Source: Cyanobacteria bacterium SOY_65_metabat_81 (lineage in GTDB: Bacteria; Cyanobacteriota; Cyanobacteriia; Pseudanabaenales; Pseudanabaenaceae). Taken from it: a stretch of DNA of 64,000 bases. Numbering within the stretch: the stretch's first letter is position 1; every line of letters begins with the position of its first letter. The DNA is taken from contig JANODY010000006.1 of assembly GCA_031412945.1 (NCBI GenBank), positions 35,224-99,223 of the forward strand. Direction: 5' to 3'. A model generated the notes under the pieces. That model was given only the letters and a program-made list of their open reading frames with translations, searched no databases and was not told where the DNA came from. The position numbers were made by a program, and so were the translations under genes. Shown here in pieces: positions 1 through 9,272 of this stretch.

Positions 1-2
1 TC

Positions 3-143
3 GAACTTCTCACACGCAGTAAACCAATCTTACAAGAACAATTTGGTGTTACAAAACTTGCCCTATTTGGCTCAACAGCAAGAGACACCGCCACAACCTC
101 TCTCTCCTTGATTCCATACATCGCCATTTCTGTCAATGCGTAA
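3..143 (+). pseudogene. Truncated or degenerate nucleotidyltransferase (MNT-type, antitoxin-like) fragment entering from the left edge
   Basis: The frame reads ...KPILQEQFGVTKLALFGSTARDTAT..., the LFGSxAR motif of Pol-beta-type nucleotidyltransferases. The expected downstream DxD motif is missing and TAA at 141-143 ends the frame early. Confidence 0.35.
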
Positions 144-239
144 GTCCTATTCAAGATTAAAATTGCTAAACTCGTGGCAACTTAATTAGAAATATGTTTG
201 TCTGTGAGAAAATAGGCGCTGGTGTGTGGAGCTTAATTT

Positions 240-1637
240 ATGAAATTGTTTGGTACTGATGGCATTCGCGGTCATGTGGGTAGTTTTTTGACGGCTAATC
301 TGGCGCTAGAAGTAGGGATTAGTGCGGGCAAAATTTTAAAGGATCGCGTTAATCTCGATCGCCCTAATCTCGATCGCCCGAATAGTGAGACTAAAGCGAA
401 TGTAATTGCGATCGGGCAAGATTCACGAACATCGGGCGATATGCTCTCCACCGCAATTTCGGCAGGGCTGACGGCGGCGGGTTGGGATGTTTGGCATATT
501 GGATTGTGTCCTACGCCTGCGATCGCCCATCTAGCCGCACATTCACCCGAAATATTTGGCGGAGTGATGATTTCGGCAAGCCATAACCCGCCTGAAGACA
601 ATGGGATTAAGTTCTTTGGGGCGAATGGCGCAAAACTATGTGGTGAGACTCAACAGGCGATCGAGGTTTTATGGGAATCACGCATTCATGCTGATCTGGT
701 TAATTCTTCAACAGATTGGGGTAAATATCATGAGAAATCACATTTAATTGATGGTTATCAAGAATCTCTACAAAATTCGATCGCCACAGACTTGAGCGGA
801 CTAAAAGTGGTGTTAGATCTGGCTCATGGCTCGGCAACTCGCGTCTCCATGGAAGTATTTCGCAATTTGGGCGCAGAAGTAATTTGTTTGCACCATCAAC
901 CAGACGGCGATCGCATCAATGTTAATTGTGGCTCTACGCATCTCGAACCATTGCGGGAAGCTGTAAAAGAACATAATGCCGATATGGGCTTTGCCTTTGA
1001 TGGCGATGCCGATCGCGTGTTGGCGGTGGATAGTCAAGGGCGCGTTGTTGATGGCGATTACATTCTGTATCTCTGGGGACAAGAATTATTAGAGAAGAAT
1101 CAATTACCTGACAGTGCGATCGTGACAACGGTAATGGCAAATCTCGGATTTGAACGCGCTTGGCAAAAACTAGGCGGCAATTTTGTGCGTACTGCCGTTG
1201 GCGATCAATATGTCCATGCCGAAATGATGCGATCGGGCGCGATGCTCGGCGGCGAACAGTCAGGACATGTGCTGTGTCGCCACTATGCAGTTAGTGGTGA
1301 TGGCTTACTGGCGGCGCTACACCTCGCCGCCCTTGCCAAACAAAAAGCGCCTTTATCAGAATTAATGGATCAAAGCTTTCATCCTTATCCTCAATTGCTC
1401 AAAAATGTGCGGGTAGAAGATCGGGAATTGCGCCGCAATTGGCAGTCCTGTGATGCATTAGTGCAAGCGATCGCCTTAGCCGAACAAGATTTAGGCGATC
1501 GCGGTCGGGTGTTGGTGCGTGCATCAGGCACAGAGCCACTGATGCGGGTAATGGTGGAAGCCGAGACTTTAGACTTGGCAACCCATTGGACGGATAGTTT
1601 AACGGGATTAATTGAGACGCAATTGCTAAAAGTTTAA
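240..1637 (+). CDS. glmM: Phosphoglucosamine mutase
   Basis: 465 aa. N-terminus [11 protein letters not shown], phosphoserine loop [15 protein letters not shown], metal loop FDGDADR, and GEQSGH. Confidence 0.95.
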   Translation: MKLFGTDGIRGHVGSFLTANLALEVGISAGKILKDRVNLDRPNLDRPNSETKANVIAIGQDSRTSGDMLSTAISAGLTAAGWDVWHIGLCPTPAIAHLAAHSPEIFGGVMISASHNPPEDNGIKFFGANGAKLCGETQQAIEVLWESRIHADLVNSSTDWGKYHEKSHLIDGYQESLQNSIATDLSGLKVVLDLAHGSATRVSMEVFRNLGAEVICLHHQPDGDRINVNCGSTHLEPLREAVKEHNADMGFAFDGDADRVLAVDSQGRVVDGDYILYLWGQELLEKNQLPDSAIVTTVMANLGFERAWQKLGGNFVRTAVGDQYVHAEMMRSGAMLGGEQSGHVLCRHYAVSGDGLLAALHLAALAKQKAPLSELMDQSFHPYPQLLKNVRVEDRELRRNWQSCDALVQAIALAEQDLGDRGRVLVRASGTEPLMRVMVEAETLDLATHWTDSLTGLIETQLLKV

Positions 1638-2272
1638 GTTCCTGCTAAAGATCGCAGACCAGCATCCATAAAACTGCGATCGCCCAAAACTTTGAGCATT
1701 GGTCCTAACGCGCCAAACTGAACCACGCTCAGTGAAGCCGCAGGAGTATCAATGCGATCGCGATATCTTCCCAAATCTATCCCCAACAGGCTACAGAGAA
1801 TCACCCGAATTGTCGCCTTATGAGCCACTACTAACACATGACCAGATGGATACTTCTCTTGGATTTCGGCAACCACTAGCGAGGCACGACTAGCCAATGA
1901 CACCGCAGTTTCACCGCCCGTCGGTGGATTCCAAGCGGGTTCAGTCAGCCAGCGCAGATAGTCATCGCCGTAGTTCTGTTTTACAAACTCGTTGGTTTGC
2001 CCTTCCCATTTGCCATAGCGCAATTCGCGTAAGCCATCGCGCACCTGCATCTTAAGATTTATGACATCACATAAAGGCTTCGCCGTGGCGATCGTGCGTT
2101 TCATCGGACTGACAAAAACAGCATCCCAAGCGATCGCGCTATGGGCTAGAGCAAATGCATCCGCCATTTTTTGACCATCAGGAGTTAGCTCAGGATCAAG
2201 ATCACCGCAATAACCGCCAGTGCGACTATAAACAGTTTCCCCATGTCTAAGGAGATATAGTTTCAAACTCAT
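1634..2272 (-). CDS. Histidine phosphatase family protein (phosphoglycerate mutase / alpha-ribazole phosphatase-like)
   Basis: N-terminal LYLLRHGET catalytic RHG motif. Convergent with glmM; the two stop codons overlap in the sequence TTAA at 1634-1637. Confidence 0.85.
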   Translation of the reverse strand: MSLKLYLLRHGETVYSRTGGYCGDLDPELTPDGQKMADAFALAHSAIAWDAVFVSPMKRTIATAKPLCDVINLKMQVRDGLRELRYGKWEGQTNEFVKQNYGDDYLRWLTEPAWNPPTGGETAVSLASRASLVVAEIQEKYPSGHVLVVAHKATIRVILCSLLGIDLGRYRDRIDTPAASLSVVQFGALGPMLKVLGDRSFMDAGLRSLAGT

Positions 2273-2366
2273 AATTTACCTTTTTGTGCGTAATAAAGCT
2301 TTGACGGTGTGGATGGATGCAAAAGACAGATGGTCAGGCCCGATCGGTTATTTTAAAAATAAACTT

Positions 2367-2394
2367 TTGACAATAATGCGATCGCTGCTATAGT
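2367..2394 (+). promoter_or_regulatory. Candidate sigma70-type promoter upstream of tRNA-Gly
   Basis: TTGACA (2367-2372), a 16-nt spacer, then TATAGT (2389-2394), about 75 nt upstream of the tRNA. Confidence 0.4.
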
Positions 2395-2469
2395 TAGTAA
2401 CTGCGTATAGTAAACGCGAGTCGGGTAACTTTGGTCAAGTAATTGTGATCAAGTAACTTGTAACTACAC

Positions 2470-2540
2470 GCGAATGTAGTTTAGTGGTAAAACCCCTGCC
2501 TTCCAAGCAGATGTTGCGGGTTCGATTCCCGCCATTCGCT
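2470..2540 (+). tRNA. tRNA-Gly (anticodon UCC)
   Basis: 71-nt cloverleaf. Acceptor GCGAATG/CATTCGC, anticodon loop CTTCCAA, T-arm GCGGG-TTCGATT-CCCGC. No encoded CCA. Confidence 0.9.
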
Positions 2541-2563
2541 TTTACACATAAAACTCCGAAAAT

Positions 2564-2596
2564 AAAAGTCGGCGCTTCGCGCCGACTTTCATTTTT
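2564..2596. terminator. Bidirectional rho-independent terminator (tRNA-Gly / tcdA)
   Basis: Hairpin GTCGGCGC-TTC-GCGCCGAC flanked by an A-run and a T-run. Confidence 0.7.
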
Positions 2597-2617
2597 GGAA
2601 AGCACAGGTCACTAGGT

Positions 2618-3331
2618 TTAGAGTAGATCGCGAATAACCACACTAGCCAGATTTAGCCCAAACAGCGCAGGTAAATAAGAAATAGTGCCGTAATATGATC
2701 GCTTAAAATTACTGCCATCGGTTAATTGCAAAGAATCACGGTTGACCAACTCCTCAGAATATACGGCAATAATTTCCGCATCGGCAAAACCCTTGCGCCG
2801 TAAACCTTTGCGAACTTTATAGGCAAATCGGCAACAATCAGTTTCAAAAATTGGGGCAATCCTGACCTTTTGGGGATCGATGCGCCCACCCGCACCCATA
2901 CTGCTCGCCACCTTTACCCCATTAGTGACGGCTGCGCCCAAAAAATATAACTTGGGTTGCAAGCTATCAATGCAATCTAGTACCCAATCAAACTTCGTCG
3001 TGACTAGCGCCATCATCAAGTCAGGGGTAAGAAATTCTTTGATTACCCCTAACTGCATCTCAGGATTAATGTCATGCATTCTCGCCGCCATCACATCCGC
3101 CTTATGCATATCAACGGTGCTATCGAGTGCCACAATTTGACGATTTTTGTTAGATGGATCAACGCGATCGCCATCCACAATTGTCATGTGACCAACCCCA
3201 GCGCGGCATAAAAATTCGGCAGCAAAACTGCCAACACCACCCATGCCAGCCACCAATACATTGGCCTGCTTAAGCCTTTCGGTACTATCCGAACCAATCA
3301 ACAATTCTGTGCGTTGCAACCAATCAGTCAT
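2618..3331 (-). CDS. tcdA: tRNA threonylcarbamoyladenosine dehydratase (ThiF/E1-like)
   Basis: 237 aa. Rossmann motif VLVAGMGGVGSFAAEFLCRAGVG followed by IVDGDRVDPSNKNRQ. Confidence 0.85.
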   Translation of the reverse strand: MTDWLQRTELLIGSDSTERLKQANVLVAGMGGVGSFAAEFLCRAGVGHMTIVDGDRVDPSNKNRQIVALDSTVDMHKADVMAARMHDINPEMQLGVIKEFLTPDLMMALVTTKFDWVLDCIDSLQPKLYFLGAAVTNGVKVASSMGAGGRIDPQKVRIAPIFETDCCRFAYKVRKGLRRKGFADAEIIAVYSEELVNRDSLQLTDGSNFKRSYYGTISYLPALFGLNLASVVIRDLL

Positions 3332-3412
3332 GACTAAAATCAGAGTATTTTAAGAAGAGGTGAGCAATATCTAGTACTGTTCATCACTACCTTAAATATA
3401 GAGTCTTTAACC

Positions 3413-3796
3413 ATGACATTACCTTCTCACGCCGCCTTAACCAAAGCTGAACTACTCGATCGCTATGCAAAGGGCGATCGCAACTTTGAAAGAACCCATT
3501 TACATGACATCGACATGCATGGCATCTCATTGCATGGCATTGATCTCAGTGAAGCGATCTTGACCCACGTTAATTTATGTGGCTCTGACCTGCGCGGAGC
3601 CGATTTAGGCTGGGCTGATCTGAGTCTTGCTAATCTCGAAAAAGCTGATCTCAGAGGTGCAATTTTGACAAGGGCTGATCTCAGCCGCGCCAATCTACGA
3701 GGAGCTAATCTGCTCAAAGCCGATCTCACGCTAGCTAAACTAGATCACACAGATTTGAGCGGAGCGATCATGCCCGATGGTTCTATTCATCAATAA
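3413..3796 (+). CDS. Pentapeptide repeat protein
   Basis: Continuous A(D/N)LxX pentapeptides, for example ADLSLANLEKADLRGAILTRADLSRANLRGANL. Confidence 0.9.
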   Translation: MTLPSHAALTKAELLDRYAKGDRNFERTHLHDIDMHGISLHGIDLSEAILTHVNLCGSDLRGADLGWADLSLANLEKADLRGAILTRADLSRANLRGANLLKADLTLAKLDHTDLSGAIMPDGSIHQ

Positions 3797-3800
3797 AAGC

Positions 3801-3839
3801 AAAAAAGTTGTTGCAAGCTGAGCTTGTAACAACTTTTTT
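3801..3839. terminator. Bidirectional terminator between convergent genes
   Basis: Hairpin AAAAAAGTTGTTGCAAGC-TGA-GCTTGTAACAACTTTTTT. Confidence 0.7.
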
Positions 3840-3892
3840 GCTTTGCTTTTGATTTGCTTAGCAAAGTGCAATTTTCAGAACAGGCTGTGCAT

Positions 3893-4465
3893 TTACTTTA
3901 ATTTTTTCTTGATAAAGTCAACTAGCTGCTGGAATTGCTTTTGCTGTGAGGACATCTGAGACTCTAACAATTTCTGCTTAGCTTCAAGCTCTTCAATGCG
4001 TTTAACTAAAGCATTATCTGAGCGATCGTGAGCCGCTATATCAGCAGGTGCGACTGTGGGCAGAACAGATGCAGGTGGACGCTTCTGCGCTAAGACCATT
4101 GCTCGCTTGATCGCCGTGATTAGTTCTTTTTGCTCAAATGGCTTTTCAATAAATACAATATATTTATCTTCAAATGGCTCAGAGATCTTACTGGTTACTT
4201 CCTCCTTGCGTCCAGACATTAAAACTAGGGGAATACGGCTCAACTCAGGGCTTTTTTGCAAGGTTTCGTAAACTTCATAGCCACTCATCCGAGGCAGTAA
4301 AAAATCTAGCATGATCATCCAAGGCTTTGCCTGCTGAATCATTTCCAGACCTTTGATGCCATCTGCCGCTTCTACCACCTCAAAATTGGCAGTCGGAAGC
4401 ATATCACGCACCATATTACGGATTACGCGACTATCATCAATCACTAATATTTTGTGAGCGGTCAC
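3893..4465 (-). CDS. Response regulator (CheY-like receiver plus C-terminal coiled coil)
   Basis: KILVIDDS acidic pocket, phospho-acceptor in MIMLDFLLP, conserved KPF. The C-terminal 50 aa are heptad-like. Confidence 0.9.
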   Translation of the reverse strand: MTAHKILVIDDSRVIRNMVRDMLPTANFEVVEAADGIKGLEMIQQAKPWMIMLDFLLPRMSGYEVYETLQKSPELSRIPLVLMSGRKEEVTSKISEPFEDKYIVFIEKPFEQKELITAIKRAMVLAQKRPPASVLPTVAPADIAAHDRSDNALVKRIEELEAKQKLLESQMSSQQKQFQQLVDFIKKKLK

Positions 4466-4585
4466 TGCTGATAACCCCTAAATTTGGTTTTGTGAATAGA
4501 CATGTAGATTAATTAACGAGTTCTTCTGGTTATTCTACTTTGGTCACTGACAACTTATGCTGTCTCAAATATAATGGATCACAAA

Positions 4586-4720
4586 TTGACACTCTCAACA
4601 CCGAAGTGACTGAGATTCCTGATTCAGCGAGACAACTTACCAACCTGACCTTAGATCTGGAAAGCAGAGGTCGAACTCTCCACAGGCGTAGAAATTTGGG
4701 TATGCCCTACCCTATTTAAA
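4586..4720 (-). ncRNA. Candidate omega-RNA (reRNA) scaffold overlapping the tnpB 3' end and right end
   Basis: In TnpB systems the guide RNA derives from the tnpB 3' end plus the right end. Here there is a conserved block with a UUCG-capped hairpin (CAC-TTCG-GTG) immediately 3' of the stop. The 5' boundary is a guess. Confidence 0.4.
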
Positions 4721-5859
4721 CCAATAGCCAAGATATTCAAAGCCGCATTATGGTCACGATCCAAAACAGTACCGCAATGACTGCATTGATGAGTGCGCTC
4801 ACTCAGCGATTTCTTGACTGTTGTTCCACAGGTTGAACAATTCTGGCTCGTATATTGTGGTGGCACGGCGATCGTCACCTTACCAAATACTTTGCCAAAA
4901 TACTCAACCCAATCTCGAAACATATACCAGCTAGCGTCAGATATTGACTTAGCTAATTTATGATTCTTGACCCTTACGGGTTTGCCAGTCGCTTCAAGTC
5001 GGTAAACCCGCCCAACGCGCTGGCTCACCATATTCCTCACCTGCAAATCTTCATAGGCAATCAGGTCGTTAGACCGAACTACGCACCTTGCTGTCTTTAC
5101 TGCAAAGTCTTTACGCTGCCTACTTACTTGCAAATGTTTTCTTGCTAACCGTTTTATTGCTTTTTTACGATTAGCTGATCCTCTCTTTCGCTTAGCAACT
5201 TTACGCTGCAACTTCTTGAGTTGACGCTCTGATTTTCTAAGAAATTTAGGGTTCTCAACAGTGTTGCCACTACTATCGGTATAGAAATGGTTTAATCCAA
5301 CATCTAAACCAGTTGTGGTTTGAGTTGGTGTCATTTCTTCCCTGCGATCAACATCAACACAGAATTGAGCGTAGTAACCATCAGCCCTTTTTACCAGCCT
5401 GACTCGTTTAATTTGCTCGATCGCGTAGAAGTTTAAATCGCGAGAGCCAACTAATTTGAGCCTGCCAATCTTGAAACCATCGGTCAAAGTTAGATATTTA
5501 CGATCTTCAGATAGTTTCCACCCAGTTTGTTTGTACTCAACTGAGTGACCTCGCTTCTTGAATTTTGGATATCCTTTCTTGCCTGATACTTTCTTTTTGC
5601 AGTTATCAAAGAATCGATTGATTGTGGCCCAGGCTCTCTCAGCGCTGGACTGTCTTGCCTGCGAGTTTAGCTTCTTAGCAAAATCAAACTCCTTGGCTAA
5701 TACAGCACACAGCGCAGATAGATCATATTTACTAGCACCTCGATTGTCCATCCAGTGCCTCAAAGCCTTATTACGCACGAACAGAGCCGTACGAATCGCC
5801 TCGTCAATGAGACCATACTGCCCTGTTTTGCCTTTTAGTTTTGCTTCGAGAACCAACAT
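4651..5859 (-). CDS. tnpB: RNA-guided endonuclease TnpB (IS605 OrfB family)
   Basis: 402 aa. RuvC triad candidates are D in TGLDVGLN, E in IAYEDLQV and D in LDRDHNAALN. Zinc ribbon CSTCG...CSHCG. Confidence 0.9.
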   Translation of the reverse strand: MLVLEAKLKGKTGQYGLIDEAIRTALFVRNKALRHWMDNRGASKYDLSALCAVLAKEFDFAKKLNSQARQSSAERAWATINRFFDNCKKKVSGKKGYPKFKKRGHSVEYKQTGWKLSEDRKYLTLTDGFKIGRLKLVGSRDLNFYAIEQIKRVRLVKRADGYYAQFCVDVDRREEMTPTQTTTGLDVGLNHFYTDSSGNTVENPKFLRKSERQLKKLQRKVAKRKRGSANRKKAIKRLARKHLQVSRQRKDFAVKTARCVVRSNDLIAYEDLQVRNMVSQRVGRVYRLEATGKPVRVKNHKLAKSISDASWYMFRDWVEYFGKVFGKVTIAVPPQYTSQNCSTCGTTVKKSLSERTHQCSHCGTVLDRDHNAALNILAIGLNRVGHTQISTPVESSTSAFQI

Positions 5860-6290
5860 GAGTTTGGCTTAATCTTAGTCTTACTATCATAGCGTAAGTG
5901 TTGCTAATTGTGACATAATCTAGAAGAGCAAAGCGAATAAGTTCGCTCGTCCGATTTTTGTCTCAGTATCTTATATTATTCTTTTAATGTTTGCCAGATT
6001 TTATTTTAGGCGAAATCACCAGTTAATATCCTCTCGATCGCGATGATTCGCCTTAGCAGATTGTTTCTGTTCGGGGCTTACAGTCGCTCCACAGACATTA
6101 ACCCTGAGTTTCCCCCTTGCCATATTGTTTGTATAATCTAAATAGGGGTGGCAAATGTGGTAATTGACGATCGCGCTATTTACCGCGCTATTTAAGGGGG
6201 AGATTGTCTTTAAGCCCTAGTCTAAAGTAAACTTTTGCTAAGCATAAAAAACAAGTTATAAAATCTTTTTGAAATACATAAGGAAAATTA

Positions 6291-6734
6291 ATGTCTGAGA
6301 TTAAGACATCTGGATTTGGGCAGGTTTCGGGTCAACCCAAAAAGAAGAAAAAATCACCGAACAAGCGCGAGGCGGCGGCTAGCAAATATGATGAGATGAA
6401 GGGCAAGGGGTTGCCTGAGTTCAACATCTTTATTCGCATCAAGGGCAAGGAATGGGTTCCTGCGGGTTCGATGGCGGTAGAACGTAGCAATCAAATCAGC
6501 CAAGCAATTTTTCAACAAGAAGCAGAGTTATTAAAGGGGGCGATCCGCTTGTATCCTGTTTTGCGAAATTTCAAAGACGATTTGGAATATGGCTATCGTC
6601 TGAAAGAGTTTCCTGATGAGGAAGTTACGGTTGCCGTTTTGCCTGAACCGACTATTGGCGATAGAGTGAAATATGCGATCGCCAAAGCTAAGGATTATTT
6701 TAACGCCGTAACCAAGAAAAAGGAAGTTAAATAG
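6291..6734 (+). CDS. Conserved hypothetical protein (possibly HHL1-like/DUF6523; functional assignment is weak)
   Basis: 147-aa ORF with ATG start, a lysine-rich N-terminus, and the core EFNIFIRIKGKEWVPAGSMAVERSNQISQAIF. Confidence 0.7.
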   Translation: MSEIKTSGFGQVSGQPKKKKKSPNKREAAASKYDEMKGKGLPEFNIFIRIKGKEWVPAGSMAVERSNQISQAIFQQEAELLKGAIRLYPVLRNFKDDLEYGYRLKEFPDEEVTVAVLPEPTIGDRVKYAIAKAKDYFNAVTKKKEVK

Positions 6735-6817
6735 GTCACAGGCTTGACGCTGTAAGTCCTTGGACAAAACGAATCACCCAAACCCACAAGGTCGAAACTT
6801 TACGGGTTTGGAGACGT

Positions 6818-7333
6818 TTAAAGCTTTTGTTTAAATAAAGCAACGTTGGCGGCGCTTAAATCAACCTGAATTTCTAGTCGTTGGGTCTCATCTCGAAAAA
6901 GTAGCACTGCATCACCATTGGGCTGAATGAGGCTACCAAATTGTGGGTCAACGACTTGGATTTTTTGATAAACGATTTTGGGTAAAGTAATGCGAAGTTG
7001 GTAGCTTTTGCCTGATGAGGGCAATATGTCTAGCTGTTGGTTATGGAGATCGAGTTGGATGTGGCTGACCGTGATATTGCGCTCGTCAGGGCTATTCGGC
7101 TTATACCAATAGAGGGTAATGCCTCGTAATGTTGGGTTGTGCATAGCAAATGTTTCATCGAAAGCTTGTTTACTCCAGTCGATCGCCTCGCGATCGGTAT
7201 TTTCGGTTAGTGGGCGTTGTTGCCAAATGATTTCTTGCCCTGCAAGGGCGCTCCACCATTGGGCGATACGGGCAAGATTTATTTCGGCATCGCGATCGCT
7301 ACTACCGAGTGTCCAAGTAATTGTTGATTCCAT
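6818..7333 (-). CDS. Hypothetical protein
   Basis: Long ORF. I prefer the ATG at 7333 (MESTITW...) over the track start at 7378. Divergent from tatA. Confidence 0.65.
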   Translation of the reverse strand: MESTITWTLGSSDRDAEINLARIAQWWSALAGQEIIWQQRPLTENTDREAIDWSKQAFDETFAMHNPTLRGITLYWYKPNSPDERNITVSHIQLDLHNQQLDILPSSGKSYQLRITLPKIVYQKIQVVDPQFGSLIQPNGDAVLLFRDETQRLEIQVDLSAANVALFKQKL

Positions 7334-7409
7334 TAGATTTGGTTTTTTATTTGTTGTTTGCGTAGAGAATGAAAGCATATTCAGATGCGTTTGAGGAGAT
7401 GTGTAAGAA

Positions 7410-7586
7410 ATGTTTGGAATTGGCTGGCCTGAGGTAGTTGTGATTTCGCTTGTGGCTGTGGCAATTTTTGGGGCTAAGCGTATCCCTGATATTGGTCGCA
7501 GTGTTGGGCAAGCCTTGCGAGGCTTTCAAGATGAGGTTAAGAGCAACGGGAGATCTGACGTTCAAGATCAAGATAAGAATAGCTAA
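7410..7586 (+). CDS. tatA: Twin-arginine translocase subunit TatA/E (58 aa, missing from the ORF track)
   Basis: Translation is MFGIGWPEVVVISLVAVAIFGAKRIPDIGRSVGQALRGFQDEVK..., with the canonical TM helix, FG hinge and amphipathic helix. Confidence 0.85.
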   Translation: MFGIGWPEVVVISLVAVAIFGAKRIPDIGRSVGQALRGFQDEVKSNGRSDVQDQDKNS

Positions 7587-7648
7587 TGTTAATTGACGGT
7601 TATTTTAGGACAAATCAAAACCTTAAAAGCAAAAAGAGGCGCAAAGCG

Positions 7649-8245
7649 CTATCTTTTACTTTTGAGGTTGTATTCTTTAGCGAGCATAGCGACAGATTTA
7701 TTTTGGAATTGATTGAGTAGGTCAATGTGATCCGATCCTTGGGCGATCAATTGGATGATGCGGTCTTCGGGTAAATCTTCTAAAAAGTCTGGGTCTAGAT
7801 CTAGGTTTGTTTTTTTGAGATTTGGCGATCGCGTAGTTAATGTTGGGACTGAGATATTGATCTGAAGATGGTCATGCGGAATGTTTGATAATTTGCTTGC
7901 CCACTCGATCGCCACAATGCCAAGCGGGAAATCTTGACCGCGCCAATATTCTTCTAAATGTAGACTAGGCACTTGGATCGGTTCTAAGCGATAGAGATCA
8001 ATGTGGTATAGCGGCAAGCGTCCTTCGGTATACTCATCAATGAGCGTAAACGTGGGACTAGTTATGGTCGAGCTAATGCCGAGGGCGCGACCAAATGCTT
8101 GCATAAAAGTAGTTTTGCCACTGCCAAGGTTGCCATCTAGTAACATAATTGTGCCTACGGCGACAAGTTGGGCAAGTTGAGTGGCGATCGCTTGGGTTGT
8201 CCCAAGATTGTTAGCATAAATCTCAATGTTTACAGGCTCAGTCAT
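7649..8245 (-). CDS. tsaE: tRNA t6A biosynthesis ATPase TsaE, with a C-terminal extension of about 50 aa
   Basis: Walker A GNLGSGKTTF, SPTFTLIDEY, LYHIDLYRL. I prefer the start at MTEPVN (8245) because the track start overlaps moaC. Confidence 0.85.
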   Translation of the reverse strand: MTEPVNIEIYANNLGTTQAIATQLAQLVAVGTIMLLDGNLGSGKTTFMQAFGRALGISSTITSPTFTLIDEYTEGRLPLYHIDLYRLEPIQVPSLHLEEYWRGQDFPLGIVAIEWASKLSNIPHDHLQINISVPTLTTRSPNLKKTNLDLDPDFLEDLPEDRIIQLIAQGSDHIDLLNQFQNKSVAMLAKEYNLKSKR

Positions 8246-8383
8246 AATTCGGGTAAACTCTTGTACTAGGCAAAAAAGTTTGCTAGCAGTTTTCATGATC
8301 AAACCAATTTTAGGGTTTCGATAATGAAAACTGATGTGATTCATTTCATTTTGTATTATCGTGCTAATTTCAGTAAAGCTTTT

Positions 8384-8896
8384 ATGGATACGGATAATCT
8401 TCAGTCACTCACTCATCTTGATCAAAGTGGTAATGCTCGGATGGTGGATGTGACTTATAAACCGCAAACGGTGAGACGGGCGATCGCCATGTGTGAAATA
8501 TCGATGCGAACCACCACATTGGATGCCATTCAAGCGGGAAACTTGCCGAAAGGGGATGTCTTAGGCACGGCGAGACTGGCAGGGATTATGGCGGCGAAAC
8601 AGACGGCTAATTTAATTCCGATGTGTCATCCGCTCAATTTAACTAGTGTCAATGTCAAAATTAGACTAGATGAAAACATTCCAGGTTATCAGATTGAGGC
8701 GGAGGTCAAAACCACTGCTGAGACTGGCGTTGAAATGGAAGCGATGACAGCGGTTACGATCGCCGCCCTCACTATTTACGACATGGCAAAGTCTCTAGAA
8801 AAAACGATGATTATCTCGAATACGAGATTAGTGCATAAGAGTGGTGGTAAGTCGGGTGATTTTGATATGCCTAGAGGCGAATATTGCGATCTCTGA
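8384..8896 (+). CDS. moaC: Cyclic pyranopterin monophosphate synthase
   Basis: [43 protein letters not shown] at 8384 is preferred. Confidence 0.9.
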   Translation: MDTDNLQSLTHLDQSGNARMVDVTYKPQTVRRAIAMCEISMRTTTLDAIQAGNLPKGDVLGTARLAGIMAAKQTANLIPMCHPLNLTSVNVKIRLDENIPGYQIEAEVKTTAETGVEMEAMTAVTIAALTIYDMAKSLEKTMIISNTRLVHKSGGKSGDFDMPRGEYCDL

Positions 8897-8903
8897 AGAT
8901 GAC

Positions 8904-8922
8904 ATCGGCGCAAAGCGCCGAT
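8904..8922. terminator. Bidirectional terminator hairpin
   Basis: ATCGGCGC-AAA-GCGCCGAT between the convergent moaC and HMA genes. Confidence 0.65.
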
Positions 8923-8925
8923 TTA

Positions 8926-9120
8926 TTAATTGACTTTGTGACCTGCGATCGCGATTAGCTCCCGAAGTCTGACTTCGGGCAGATGACTCTCGATCGCCAA
9001 AGATTTAGTTAATGCGTCACCTACGATTATGGCGGACGCATCAACGGATTGGATGGCTTTGGTAATAGTTTCAATACAACTAGCACAACCGATCGAAGGA
9101 ACTGAAAGTTTTAAGGACAT
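8926..9120 (-). CDS. Heavy-metal-associated (HMA) domain metallochaperone
   Basis: 64 aa with the GCASC CxxC metal site near the N-terminus. Confidence 0.8.
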   Translation of the reverse strand: MSLKLSVPSIGCASCIETITKAIQSVDASAIIVGDALTKSLAIESHLPEVRLRELIAIAGHKVN

Positions 9121-9272
9121 AAAAATTTGGGTGAATGAGTTTAATTAAGTAATGTGTCGAAAGTATAACAATTTTCAGGAAATCGCGGTTAGTGCGTGGC
9201 TTTAATTCCGATCTTCTAAAGACTGTTATAAAATTGCGATGATGGCGACTTTTAATAGGAAATTTAGCGATC

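Larger units (their letters stand above)
4586..5960 (-). mobile_element. IS200/IS605-family (IS1341-type) element with tnpB only and no tnpA
   Basis: Contains the tnpB ORF. The right-end block 4586-4643 is repeated at 30320-30377. A candidate left-end hairpin AGCGAA-TAAG-TTCGCT lies near 5928-5943. End coordinates are approximate. Confidence 0.65.

Noticed and set aside
3463-3729. 88-aa minus-strand ORF inside the pentapeptide gene. The same applies to 57177..57551 (+) inside the 56870..57577 pentapeptide gene.
   Set aside because: These are antisense shadows of low-complexity A(D/N)LxX repeats. The reverse frame of such repeats is naturally stop-free (RSA/LRS runs). The sense ORFs carry the recognisable family pattern.
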